Notes under the pieces: model-generated
Seen by the model: only the letters and a program-made list of their open reading frames with translations
Database searches by the model: none
Told to the model about the DNA's origin: nothing
Translations under genes and position numbers: made by a program
Origin: Bacteroidales bacterium
GTDB lineage: Bacteria; Bacteroidota; Bacteroidia; Bacteroidales; NBLH01
Direction of reading: 5' to 3'
Length of the DNA stretch: 64,000 nucleotides
NCBI GenBank assembly: GCA_046329965.1
Contig: JAXLTR010000011.1
Coordinates: forward strand, 142,418-206,417
In this document: one piece after another, positions 55,365 to 64,000 of the stretch
How positions within the stretch are numbered: position 1 is the stretch's first letter
Layout of the letters: the number at the start of each line of letters is the position of its first letter

Positions 55365-56390
55365 TTAGTTCATTCTTACCGAAGATTTTCTGAGATATAA
55401 TTTAGGTGCCAACACTACCTTTTGTTCCAGTTTTACATTGCTGGCATCATTTACCTGTTCTAAAAAAACTTTTGCAGCTATTCTTCCCATATCCAGAGGA
55501 AATTGATCAACGGATGATATAGAAAGTTCCATGAATTTTGTAAAGGGTTCATTACTAAATCCAACAACGCAAAAGTCATCAGGTATTTTAATCCCCCTTT
55601 CCCTTAATTCCTGAATAGCGCCCAGGGCCGCAAAATCACTTGAAGAGAAAATTGCATCCGGTGGATTGTTTAATTTGAGCAATTTTTTAACCGCTTCACG
55701 GCCATCTTCTATTTGGCTGGCAGTTTGGATGATGTATTTTTCATTTACTTCCAGTTCATTATCGATTAATGCCTGTTTATATCCATTGCAACGGTCTTTA
55801 TAAATACCTATAGCACAGTCGCCCGACAAATGAGCAATACGTTTACAACCTTCACTGATAAGGTGTTGAGTAGCCTGGTATCCACCATCGTAATCGTTGA
55901 TAGTTACTGAACTAACCCCCGGTATATCCATTTTTCTGTCGAAAAAAACCAACGGCACCCCTTTTTTTATTATACGGTTAATGATTTTTTCAACTTCAGC
56001 CGTATTGTTGTAAACCGAGATTAAGATTCCGTCGACCTGTGCATTTAGCAGAGCATTAATATTTTCGATTTCCTTTTGTTCTGAATTATAGCTTTGGCAA
56101 ATGATAACATGGTATCCGAATGGATTTAATTCTTCCTCAACGCCTCTGATTACTGAAGAGAAAAAATTCCTGTTGATATGAGGCACTATTACCCCAACAT
56201 TATTGCTTTTCCCGCTTTTAAGTGCCAGTGCCAGTCTGTTTTGCTTATAATTTAATTTTTCAGCAGCTTCTAAAACTAATTTCCTGGTACTTTCACTTAT
56301 TTTAGAACTGTTATTAAGGGCTCTTGAAACTGTGGCTGCTGAAATATTCAGTTTTTCAGCAATATCGTATATGGTTATTTTTTCGTACAT
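55365..56390 (-). CDS. LacI-family transcriptional regulator
   Basis: The track ORF begins at the GTG at 56402. The ATG at 56390 gives 'MYEKITIYDIAEKLNISAATVSRALNN', the LacI HTH, followed by a periplasmic-binding-protein-like core. Confidence 0.9.
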   Translation of the reverse strand: MYEKITIYDIAEKLNISAATVSRALNNSSKISESTRKLVLEAAEKLNYKQNRLALALKSGKSNNVGVIVPHINRNFFSSVIRGVEEELNPFGYHVIICQSYNSEQKEIENINALLNAQVDGILISVYNNTAEVEKIINRIIKKGVPLVFFDRKMDIPGVSSVTINDYDGGYQATQHLISEGCKRIAHLSGDCAIGIYKDRCNGYKQALIDNELEVNEKYIIQTASQIEDGREAVKKLLKLNNPPDAIFSSSDFAALGAIQELRERGIKIPDDFCVVGFSNEPFTKFMELSISSVDQFPLDMGRIAAKVFLEQVNDASNVKLEQKVVLAPKLYLRKSSVRMN

Positions 56391-56454
56391 GAGAATTTTC
56401 ACTTATGATAAGAACATTTAATTAAATGCCAGAAATTGTGCATGTTAATTTATT

Positions 56455-56468
56455 TGGTATCGATTACA
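56455..56468. promoter_or_regulatory. Third, weaker LacI-type operator upstream of the regulator's own gene
   Basis: TGGTATCGATTACA compared with the reverse complement of the other two sites (TGCAATCGATTACA) matches at 12 of 14 positions. It lies 65 nt upstream of the lacI-family ATG. Confidence 0.4.
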
Positions 56469-56619
56469 CTATCAAAAATCTCTAATTCAAAAGTACAAAT
56501 TTTTTTCATTATTTTAAAAATCCAATTAAATATTAAATAAATACATATCAATAAACAATTTCTTATTTATCTGCCATAAATTATTTTAACAATTATTTGC
56601 ATTTTATTTTGGTATTTTT

Positions 56620-56641
56620 TATTTTTGTGTAATCGATTGCA
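56620..56641 (+). promoter_or_regulatory. GH28-operon promoter -7 box fused to a LacI-family operator
   Basis: TATTTTTG (56620-56627) is immediately followed by TGTAATCGATTGCA (56628-56641). The 21-mer TTTGTGTAATCGATTGCATTA is identical to the one at the kduI promoter. Confidence 0.55.
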
Positions 56642-56703
56642 TTATTATAATTTCAGTAGTTATTTTAAATTAAATATATGATTTGTTTTATAATTATTCA
56701 ACA

Positions 56704-58116
56704 ATGAAGGCAATTGTAAAGGTTTTTATTGCAATAATTCTTTTCACTTTTACTTTCACTGGCATCCATGTTGCGCAGGAAGTTGATCCCTGGAATAGAG
56801 TTAAACAGATCAGTGATAGTATTGGAACTATTAATTTTCCTGCATTTTCATTAAATGTAATCGATTTTGGAGCAACCGGAAATGGTACCTTTAATAATAC
56901 GAATGCATTTAAAAAAACAATAAGTGCCTGTGCAAAAAAAGGAGGAGGGAAAATCATTGTTCCTGCCGGAAAATTTCTAACCGGCCCAATTCATCTGGCA
57001 AGTAATATTAATTTATGTCTTGAAGAAGGTGCTGAAATCTTATTTAGTACAAACCCTGATGATTATTATCCTTTGGTTCATACCTCATTTGAAGGTGTTG
57101 AACTCATGAATTACTCCCCTTTGATTTATGCCTATAATTGTACTAATGTTGGCATAACCGGAAAAGGGACATTAAACGGACAGGCTGATAATGAAAAATG
57201 GTGGCCCTGGTGTGGAAAGAAAGAATATGGTTGGAAATCAGGGATGCCCAGCCAGAATGATTCAGCAAACAGGCCGGCCCTGGAAAGAATGGCCAAAGAA
57301 ATGAGGACGGTTGAAAATAGAAAATTTGGTAAAAGACATTACCTGAGACCCACATTTATTGAGCCTTTTTCATGTACAAATGTTTTGATTGAAGGGGTTA
57401 AAATAATCAATGCTCCATTTTGGATAATTCATCCGATTAAATGTAAAAATGTTATCGTTGATGGGGTTCATGTTGAAAGCCATGGGCCAAACAATGACGG
57501 ATGTGATCCGGAATATTCAAAAAATGTAATTATAAGGAATTCCTTATTTAATACCGGCGACGATTGCATTGCAATAAAATCAGGTAGAAATGAGGATGGA
57601 AGAAGGGTTGGGATAAAGAGCGAAAACATTATTGTACAAAAATGCAGGATGATTGACGGACATGGCGGGATAGTTATAGGCAGTGAAGTCTCTGCAGGTG
57701 TCAGCAATGTTTATGCTGAAGATTGTATCATGAGCAGTCCGGAACTTGACAGGATTGTGAGGATTAAGACCAATTCAAAAAGAGGCGGTACAATTGAGAA
57801 TATTTATGCCCGGAACATTGAGGTTGGTCAGGTTAAAGAAGCAGTATTGCATATCACCATGTTTTATGATGTTTATGGAAGCCAGACAGGTAAATATTTG
57901 CCTGTTGTAAGAAATATTAATCTAGAAAATATACATGTTAAGAATGGAGGCAAATACGGAATCTGGGCGCAGGGTTATAAAGAATCCCCTATTAATGGGA
58001 TAACCTTAAAAAATGTAACTATTGAAAATGCCGAAAATGATTTTTTTATCGAAAATGCAGAGAACATCAGGTTCATTAATTCTTCAGTAAACGGAAAACC
58101 TTTGGAAACAAAATAA
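56704..58116 (+). CDS. GH28 polygalacturonase/exo-galacturonidase
   Basis: It has a signal peptide and the four GH28 boxes: 'NNDGCDP', 'GDDCIAIKSG', 'GHGGIVIGSE' and 'RIVRIKT'. Confidence 0.85.
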   Translation: MKAIVKVFIAIILFTFTFTGIHVAQEVDPWNRVKQISDSIGTINFPAFSLNVIDFGATGNGTFNNTNAFKKTISACAKKGGGKIIVPAGKFLTGPIHLASNINLCLEEGAEILFSTNPDDYYPLVHTSFEGVELMNYSPLIYAYNCTNVGITGKGTLNGQADNEKWWPWCGKKEYGWKSGMPSQNDSANRPALERMAKEMRTVENRKFGKRHYLRPTFIEPFSCTNVLIEGVKIINAPFWIIHPIKCKNVIVDGVHVESHGPNNDGCDPEYSKNVIIRNSLFNTGDDCIAIKSGRNEDGRRVGIKSENIIVQKCRMIDGHGGIVIGSEVSAGVSNVYAEDCIMSSPELDRIVRIKTNSKRGGTIENIYARNIEVGQVKEAVLHITMFYDVYGSQTGKYLPVVRNINLENIHVKNGGKYGIWAQGYKESPINGITLKNVTIENAENDFFIENAENIRFINSSVNGKPLETK

Positions 58117-58147
58117 TGGGATATAAATCTTTAAATAAAATTTAAAT

Positions 58148-59125
58148 ATGATTGTATTATATCGAAACACAGGCTTATCACTTTTAGTTCTTTTGATATT
58201 TGTCAGTTCAACAATTGCCCAGAAAAAGAAGGGGTTTAAACCTGAACAAAAATGCTATGCAGAATTGTCTGTTAAAAAAGGGGGCGAGTGGAAAGACCGG
58301 AAATATGAAGGAGGCGTATTTGAGAATGTTCAAAGGCTTAAAGTTCCTGCCAGCCATACCGACCATTCATTTTATATAAGATATGAAGGACCAGGATGGG
58401 AAAGCAATAAGGTAGGGTATAGGCTTTATCTTGACTGGCGAAATGCAATAGATATTTTCGGAAAATTAACCGATACCCTGGTTTTGCCGTATGTAGGACA
58501 AGATGGGTTTGATTCCTATCATGCAATGTGTCCGTGGGGAATGGATATCCTTAAAGTAGCAAAAGGTCTCGGAATAGGATCGATAGGTAAATATACCGGA
58601 ACGGAGGTTTTACATTTTAAAGAAGTAGATTCAACATTTGCCTACGTGCAAAATACCAAAAAAAAGTCAGCTGTTATTGTTGATTATTATGGATGGAAAA
58701 CCGGAAATGACAAGACGGATTTACATTCAGAACTCTCAATTGCCCCGGACCAGCGTTATACGCTTCATACAATTAAGAGTTTAAAAGAAATTGACGGTAT
58801 TTGTACTGGTATTGTCAATCTTGGTTTAAAGCCATTTACAAAAACAAGTAAGTCAGGAAAATGGGCCTATCTTGCTACGTACGGACAGCAAACTCTTGTA
58901 CCCGACAAACTGGGAATGGCGATTTTCTATAAACCTCATGATGCGGAAAAACTAACTGATTGGGAATTCGATCATTTAATAATCTTTAAGCCCACTGCTA
59001 AAGAAATTTCATTCTATTTTCTGGCAGCCTGGGAAAAAGAATTGAACGGGATTAAATCGATGGAGGAATTCGTAAATTATTTGGATGGTTTACTAAATCA
59101 ACTGGATAAAAAGGGAAAAATTTAA
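58148..59125 (+). CDS. DUF4861-domain protein (pectin-PUL associated)
   Basis: 325 aa with a signal peptide. 'YEGPGWESNKVGYRLYLDWRNAIDIFGK' is as I remember DUF4861. The family is typically next to GH105/GH88 genes. Confidence 0.65.
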   Translation: MIVLYRNTGLSLLVLLIFVSSTIAQKKKGFKPEQKCYAELSVKKGGEWKDRKYEGGVFENVQRLKVPASHTDHSFYIRYEGPGWESNKVGYRLYLDWRNAIDIFGKLTDTLVLPYVGQDGFDSYHAMCPWGMDILKVAKGLGIGSIGKYTGTEVLHFKEVDSTFAYVQNTKKKSAVIVDYYGWKTGNDKTDLHSELSIAPDQRYTLHTIKSLKEIDGICTGIVNLGLKPFTKTSKSGKWAYLATYGQQTLVPDKLGMAIFYKPHDAEKLTDWEFDHLIIFKPTAKEISFYFLAAWEKELNGIKSMEEFVNYLDGLLNQLDKKGKI

Positions 59126-59129
59126 AAAT

Positions 59130-60338
59130 ATGAAGCCCAATGCTAATATTTCGGTTTGTGCCGTAGTTCTGGTATTTACCTTCTTTATTTTCAGCACTGA
59201 AGCAAAAAGTATTTCCATGCCCGGATTATATTCTGATTCGCTGAAATGGGCTGATAAAATGGTGATTACAGTAATGAATGTATACCCTGAGGCCTGGCAA
59301 ATAGATGACAGGAAAGAACCCCGGTGGGATTATGTTCATGGTCTTGTGTTGACTTCTATGGAGAATTATTACAAAAAAAACAGAAAACCTGAATATCTGA
59401 AATACATTAAAGATTATGCTGATGAATTTATTGACAGTTTGGGAAATATAAACACTTATAAGGCAGATGATTACAATCTGGACATGATAAATGCCGGAAA
59501 AATTTTATTTCTGCTTTATGATGAAACCCACGAACAGAAATACCTGATTGCCATGCAGCATTTACGCAATCAGCTTGATAATCAACCAAGGACAAGCGGA
59601 GGCGGTTTCTGGCACAAAAAGAGATATCCGAACCAAATGTGGCTGGATGGTTTGTACATGTCGGCCCCATTTTATGCCAGGTATACAGTAGAATTCGAAA
59701 ATGGAAAAAAATTAGATGACGTAATTACTCAGTTCAGGCTCATACAAAAACATCTATACGACCGAAAAACAGGCTTATACTTTCATGGATGGGACGAAAG
59801 TAAACAAATGGGATGGGCAAATAAAAAAACCGGATGCTCTCCGTCGTTCTGGTCCCGTTCAATCGGTTGGTATGCCATGGCACTTGTTGATGTTCTGGAT
59901 TATATCCCTGAAAATCATCCGGGAAAAAAAGAGCTGATTGGGTATTTGAACAAACTTGCCGGTGCACTTGTAAAATTCCAGGATAAAAGCGGGTTGTGGT
60001 TCCAGGTCACTGATCAGGGAAAACGACAGGGAAATTATCTTGAAACTACCGGCTCTGCAATGTATGCTTATGCATTTGCCAAAGCTGTAAATAAAGGATA
60101 TTTGCCGGCTAATTACAAAGCCATTTCAAATAAGGCATTTGATGGGCTTATTACCTTAATGGTGAAAACTGATCCAAATGGCAATCTAATCCTTGGAAAT
60201 TGTTGTGCGGTTGCGGGCCTGGGTGGAAATCCCTACAGAGATGGATCTTATAATTATTATATAAACGAGAAGAGAAAAGACAATGATCCGAAGGGAATAG
60301 GACCATTTATACTTGCAGGATTGGAACTCGACCGCTAA
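59130..60338 (+). CDS. GH105 unsaturated rhamnogalacturonyl hydrolase (YteR/YesR-like)
   Basis: 402 aa. 'WDYVHGLVL', 'MWLDGLYMSAPFYARY', 'FWSRSIGWYAMALVDVLDY' and 'ETTGSAMYAYAFAKAV' are present. Confidence 0.82.
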   Translation: MKPNANISVCAVVLVFTFFIFSTEAKSISMPGLYSDSLKWADKMVITVMNVYPEAWQIDDRKEPRWDYVHGLVLTSMENYYKKNRKPEYLKYIKDYADEFIDSLGNINTYKADDYNLDMINAGKILFLLYDETHEQKYLIAMQHLRNQLDNQPRTSGGGFWHKKRYPNQMWLDGLYMSAPFYARYTVEFENGKKLDDVITQFRLIQKHLYDRKTGLYFHGWDESKQMGWANKKTGCSPSFWSRSIGWYAMALVDVLDYIPENHPGKKELIGYLNKLAGALVKFQDKSGLWFQVTDQGKRQGNYLETTGSAMYAYAFAKAVNKGYLPANYKAISNKAFDGLITLMVKTDPNGNLILGNCCAVAGLGGNPYRDGSYNYYINEKRKDNDPKGIGPFILAGLELDR

Positions 60339-60403
60339 TAATTTTTAAATAAAATACGATTGATTTCATAATATGAATTTTTAACTATTTAATTCTAAAC
60401 CTC

Positions 60404-63400
60404 ATGAGTAAATATCATCTAAAATTATTTAAGTTACTTTTGCCGGTTTTTTGCTGTTTTCTTTTAATAAGCATAAATGCATATGGGCAAAATGTTTCCG
60501 GTACAGTGGTGGACGAAACCGATACCCCTTTACCGGGCGTAAGTATTATGTTGAAAGGTACAACAACGGCTGCATTAACCGATATGAACGGTAATTTTCA
60601 AATTATGGTTAACAACCTTCAAACCGATATTTTGATTTTTACCTTTGTTGGAATGGAAACCATGGAAATAGCCCTTGAAGGACGTAACCAGTTAAGTGTA
60701 AACATGACAGGTTCAGAGACCTTACTTGGTGAAGTAGTTGCAATTGGATACGGAACTGCCAAAAAGAAAGATATAACGGGTTCTGTATCATCCGTTCAGG
60801 GTAAAGATATTGCTTTAATACCTGTTTCTACAGCGGCTGAAGCCATGACTGGTAAAATGGCTGGTGTTCAGGTTGTTACCACCGAAGGCTCACCAGATGC
60901 AGAGATAAAAATCAGGGTTCGTGGAGGCGGTTCAATAACACAGGACAACTCTCCTTTGTATATAGTTGATGGTTTTACTGTTAGCAGTATTTCCGACATT
61001 CCGACTTCCGAAATTCAATCCATTGATGTACTGAAAGATGCTTCTTCTACTGCCATTTATGGCGCACGTGGGGCAAATGGTGTAATAATCATAACTACAA
61101 AAAGTGGAAAAGAAGGGAAAGTAAATGTGGGATATAATGCTTACTACGGATTTAAAAAGGTAGCCGATCACCTAACAAACCTGAGTGTTGAAGATTATGT
61201 ACACTGGCAGTATGAATGGGCATTGTTAAATGATAAATTGTCAGATTATGAAAAATATTTTGGACAATACCAGGATATTGATTTATACAACGGACAACCC
61301 AGCACGAATTGGTACGATCAGGTTTTCGGCCACATTGGAAATACTTTTAACCATGATTTGAATATCAATGGAGGCTCAGATAAGTTCAGGTATTCATTTG
61401 GTTATGCCGGAATAAAATCTGATGAGATTATGTTAGGCTCCGATTATAAACGAAATAACGTTTCTTTAAAACTCGATAATAAACCTAATAATAAAGTAAG
61501 TCTTTCTTTTTCTGTTCGTTATACAGATACAAAAATTGGTGGAGCTGGTTCTATTGACCAGTCTGGTGGTGGAAATATAAGTGATTCAAGGGTAAAACAA
61601 ACTATGATTTATAGCCCAATTCCGTTTACCTCATTAGGAGATTATGAAGATGAAGAAGTTTCGTCAAGTATGATTAATCCCATTAGTAATGTGGAAGATA
61701 ATGATAGAAATCAACACCGGGTTCGTTACAACATGGGTGCAAGTTTTGCATGGAATATCCTTGACGAATTGGAATTTAAGACAGAAGCCGGATTAGATTA
61801 TTATCTCACCATTGATGATAGATTTTTTGGTCTCACTACGTATTATGTAAAAAACAATCCAACAGCGGCTTATCAAAATTTACCAGCTTTGCAGTCGAAT
61901 GATACGAAGAATCAGACTTTCAGGAATGCAAATACCCTGAATTATGATTTTAAGAAATTATTCGGTTCATCGGGACATAATTTGAAGTTATTGCTTGGCC
62001 AGGAGTTAATTTATGGCAAGTCGAATGCCTTGTATAACCAGATATGGGGATTTCCGGATTTTTATACTTCTGAGCAGGTATTCAAGTTAAGCAGTCAGGG
62101 GGGATATTATTATTACTCAAACACTTATAATCCTGATGATAAATTACTTTCTTTCTTTGGCAGGGCTATCTATGATTTTAAAGGAAAATACCTGTTGAAT
62201 GCTACTTTCAGGGCTGATGGTTCAAGTAAATTCATGGCAGGAAATCAATGGGGATATTTTCCATCTGTTGCTGCAGCATGGAGAATTTCTGAGGAGAACT
62301 TTATGGATGGTTTGTCCAGCTGGCTCGATAATTTAAAATTAAGGATAAGTTATGGTACAGCCGGAAATAATAACATTCCACCGAGGCAAATTGCACAGGA
62401 ATACTATTCAAATACAACAGCCTGGGTAAATGGTGGTTCAAGATATTGGGCTCCGTCAAGCAGAATGGCCAACCCCGATTTAAAATGGGAAACCACGTAT
62501 ACCCGGAACATCGGTTTGGATTTTGGACTTTTTAAAAACCATTTGAACGGGTCTGTTGAATTTTATCAAAACAGTACCAAAGATTTGTTAATCGATTTTC
62601 GGACCCCGGGATCATCATACAGCAGTCAGTACAGAAACATGGGTGAAACTGAAAACAAAGGTCTTGAGTTGTCGTTGAACTGGTCAGCAATTGAAAAAGA
62701 AAAATTCGGGTTGAATTTTGGATTCAACATCAGTTTTAACAAAAACGAAATTAAGTCCCTGGGTATAATGGATGATTTTGGTGTTTCAACTGCCTGGGCT
62801 TCCACAGAAATTAACAATGACTACTGGGTATCAGTAGGAGGTTCGGTGGGTGAAATGTATGGCTATCAATCGGATGGAAGATACGAAGTTTCTGATTTTG
62901 AAGGATATGATGCAGTAAATGACCAATGGATACTAAAAGAAGGCGTTCCTGATAATTCATCCGTTACCGGGGTAATTCGTCCAGGAACCATGAAATTGAA
63001 AGACCTGACTGGAGATACCCTTGTAAATGTTGATGATTGTGGAATTATTGGAAATGCAAATCCGAAACATATTGGTGGTTTTAACATTAATGCACGCCTT
63101 TATGGATTTGATTTGGCAGCAGTATTTAGCTGGAGTTATGGAAATGACATTTACAATGCCAACAAAATTGAATATACTACAGGCAGGTACGCCTATCGGA
63201 ATATGATTGATATTATGGCTGACGGAAAAAGATGGACCAATATTGATGCCGACGGAAACCTTATAAATGATCCTGCAACTTTGGAAGCCATGAATACGAA
63301 TACAACCATGTGGTCTCCAAATATGACACGTCATATCTTCAGCGATTGGGCAGTTGAAGATGGTTCATTTTTAAGATTGAATACGTTATCGCTAGGTTAT

Positions 63401-63607
63401 ACTATTCCTACAGATCTTGTCCGCAAAGCACATATTCAAAATCTCAGAATATATGTTTCGGCTTACAATGTGTTTATCCTGACAAACTATTCAGGTTTTG
63501 ATCCTGAAGTATCCTCGCGCAGAAATAACGCACTTACCCCTGGTGTTGATTATTCTGCTTATCCTAAAAGCAGGCAGGTGTTATTTGGTTTAAATCTTAG
63601 TTTTTAA
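60404..63607 (+). CDS. susC: SusC/RagA-family TonB-dependent outer-membrane transporter
   Basis: 1067 aa. It has a carboxypeptidase-regulatory-like N-domain 'VSGTVVDETDTPLPGVSIMLKGT', the plug 'VVAIGYGTAKKKDITGSV' and the C-terminal 'LFGLNLSF'. Confidence 0.95.
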   Translation: MSKYHLKLFKLLLPVFCCFLLISINAYGQNVSGTVVDETDTPLPGVSIMLKGTTTAALTDMNGNFQIMVNNLQTDILIFTFVGMETMEIALEGRNQLSVNMTGSETLLGEVVAIGYGTAKKKDITGSVSSVQGKDIALIPVSTAAEAMTGKMAGVQVVTTEGSPDAEIKIRVRGGGSITQDNSPLYIVDGFTVSSISDIPTSEIQSIDVLKDASSTAIYGARGANGVIIITTKSGKEGKVNVGYNAYYGFKKVADHLTNLSVEDYVHWQYEWALLNDKLSDYEKYFGQYQDIDLYNGQPSTNWYDQVFGHIGNTFNHDLNINGGSDKFRYSFGYAGIKSDEIMLGSDYKRNNVSLKLDNKPNNKVSLSFSVRYTDTKIGGAGSIDQSGGGNISDSRVKQTMIYSPIPFTSLGDYEDEEVSSSMINPISNVEDNDRNQHRVRYNMGASFAWNILDELEFKTEAGLDYYLTIDDRFFGLTTYYVKNNPTAAYQNLPALQSNDTKNQTFRNANTLNYDFKKLFGSSGHNLKLLLGQELIYGKSNALYNQIWGFPDFYTSEQVFKLSSQGGYYYYSNTYNPDDKLLSFFGRAIYDFKGKYLLNATFRADGSSKFMAGNQWGYFPSVAAAWRISEENFMDGLSSWLDNLKLRISYGTAGNNNIPPRQIAQEYYSNTTAWVNGGSRYWAPSSRMANPDLKWETTYTRNIGLDFGLFKNHLNGSVEFYQNSTKDLLIDFRTPGSSYSSQYRNMGETENKGLELSLNWSAIEKEKFGLNFGFNISFNKNEIKSLGIMDDFGVSTAWASTEINNDYWVSVGGSVGEMYGYQSDGRYEVSDFEGYDAVNDQWILKEGVPDNSSVTGVIRPGTMKLKDLTGDTLVNVDDCGIIGNANPKHIGGFNINARLYGFDLAAVFSWSYGNDIYNANKIEYTTGRYAYRNMIDIMADGKRWTNIDADGNLINDPATLEAMNTNTTMWSPNMTRHIFSDWAVEDGSFLRLNTLSLGYTIPTDLVRKAHIQNLRIYVSAYNVFILTNYSGFDPEVSSRRNNALTPGVDYSAYPKSRQVLFGLNLSF

Positions 63608-63626
63608 TTGCTTTATATAATTGAAT

Positions 63627-64000
63627 ATGAGAAAAATATTATATATAATTAGTTTGGTTTTTGCAGTATTTTTTATTTCATGCGAAGACTTTTTAGATGC
63701 CCCTTCCCAATCGAATTTGGATGAATCGGTGATATTTTCTGATCCAACCTTAACTGCACAGACAATTATTGGAATTCTTGATCCAATGATGCAACAAAAT
63801 TCATACAGGGGTAGATTTCTGACACATTATGGTGCAAATTCAGATATTGAATGGATTAACGCAAATTCTGCGGCACCAAGCCAGCGTGAACTTTTATCAA
63901 GGTACGTGAATTCGTCAACCAATACGGATATGAATACGGCAAATACGGCATCAAGCAATGCAGGTAATGCATGGGAATGGATGTACATTGCAATTGAGCG
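63627..64000 (+). CDS. susD: SusD/RagB-family lipoprotein, N-terminal part (runs off the right edge)
   Basis: This ORF is not in the track because it is open-ended. The ATG at 63627 gives 'MRKILYIISLVFAVFFISCEDFLDAPSQSNLDES', a lipobox plus the usual SusD start. There is no stop up to 64000. Confidence 0.8.
   Translation, partial: MRKILYIISLVFAVFFISCEDFLDAPSQSNLDESVIFSDPTLTAQTIIGILDPMMQQNSYRGRFLTHYGANSDIEWINANSAAPSQRELLSRYVNSSTNTDMNTANTASSNAGNAWEWMYIAIE

Noticed and set aside
1589-63334. The remaining short ORFs in the track overlap larger genes on the opposite strand or in another frame. Examples are 1589-1816, 4111-4365, 8076-8452, 22033-22416, 35704-36281, 47316-47699, 49076-49474, 50804-51193, 52005-52415 and 62957-63334.
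   Set aside because: All are nested inside confidently assigned genes and look like frame shadows. None shows a signal peptide, a conserved motif or its own promoter box.

Overview
This 64-kb window looks like chromosome from a low-GC Bacteroidota-type organism. The taxonomic guess rests on a SusC/SusD pair, TAnnTTTG '-7' promoter boxes directly upstream of genes, and many lipoprotein or signal-peptide proteins. All calls come from reading the six-frame track and the DNA by eye and from remembered family motifs. No database search was run.

Layout:
- (1) 0.8-3.4 kb: an ArsR-rhodanese / cysteine desulfurase / 2x DsrE-like sulfur-relay operon.
- (2) 4.0-10.3 kb, minus strand: a cluster of haem/iron/redox sensor-type genes (DUF1858, DUF438-hemerythrin-PAS, cupin, PepSY-TM, hemerythrin, Rrf2, Fnr-like).
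- (3) 10.5-21 kb: a divergent respiratory nitrate reductase operon, narC-like cytochrome c, then narG-H-J-I and two narK genes.
- (4) 21-24.7 kb: a YARHG protein, a Cys/Met-type PLP enzyme and a second DUF438 paralog.
- (5) 24.7-33.8 kb: seven co-directional genes that all encode exported proteins, including WD40, thioredoxin-MORN and WG-repeat/propeller/caspase proteins.
- (6) 34-37.8 kb: a TauE/SafE permease, a DoxX gene stub, and a lone 921-aa PD-(D/E)xK nuclease + N6-adenine methyltransferase fusion (Type IIG/IIL-like).
- (7) 37.9-40.5 kb, minus strand: an Rrf2-regulated two-subunit haem-copper-oxidase-family enzyme with NO-reductase-like active-site substitutions and a vestigial CuA site.
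- (8) 40.5-46.4 kb: an ORF-poor, repeat- and hairpin-rich accessory island. It holds 2.6 kb with no credible gene, a gene interrupted by an in-frame stop, a three-gene module of small membrane proteins, an excisionase-like HTH and a 177-bp tandem repeat.
- (9) 46.4-64 kb: a pectin/hexuronate utilisation locus (kduI, kduD, uxaC, kdgK, eda, MFS, UxaE-like, esterase, LacI, GH28, DUF4861, GH105, SusC, SusD) with recognisable LacI-type operators.

No rRNA, tRNA or CRISPR array was found.

The candidates I consider most worth follow-up are:
- the NOR-like haem-copper oxidase operon;
- the orphan nuclease-methyltransferase in an insertion scar;
- the exported WD40/MORN/caspase cluster;
- the gene-less structured region plus tandem repeat in the island.
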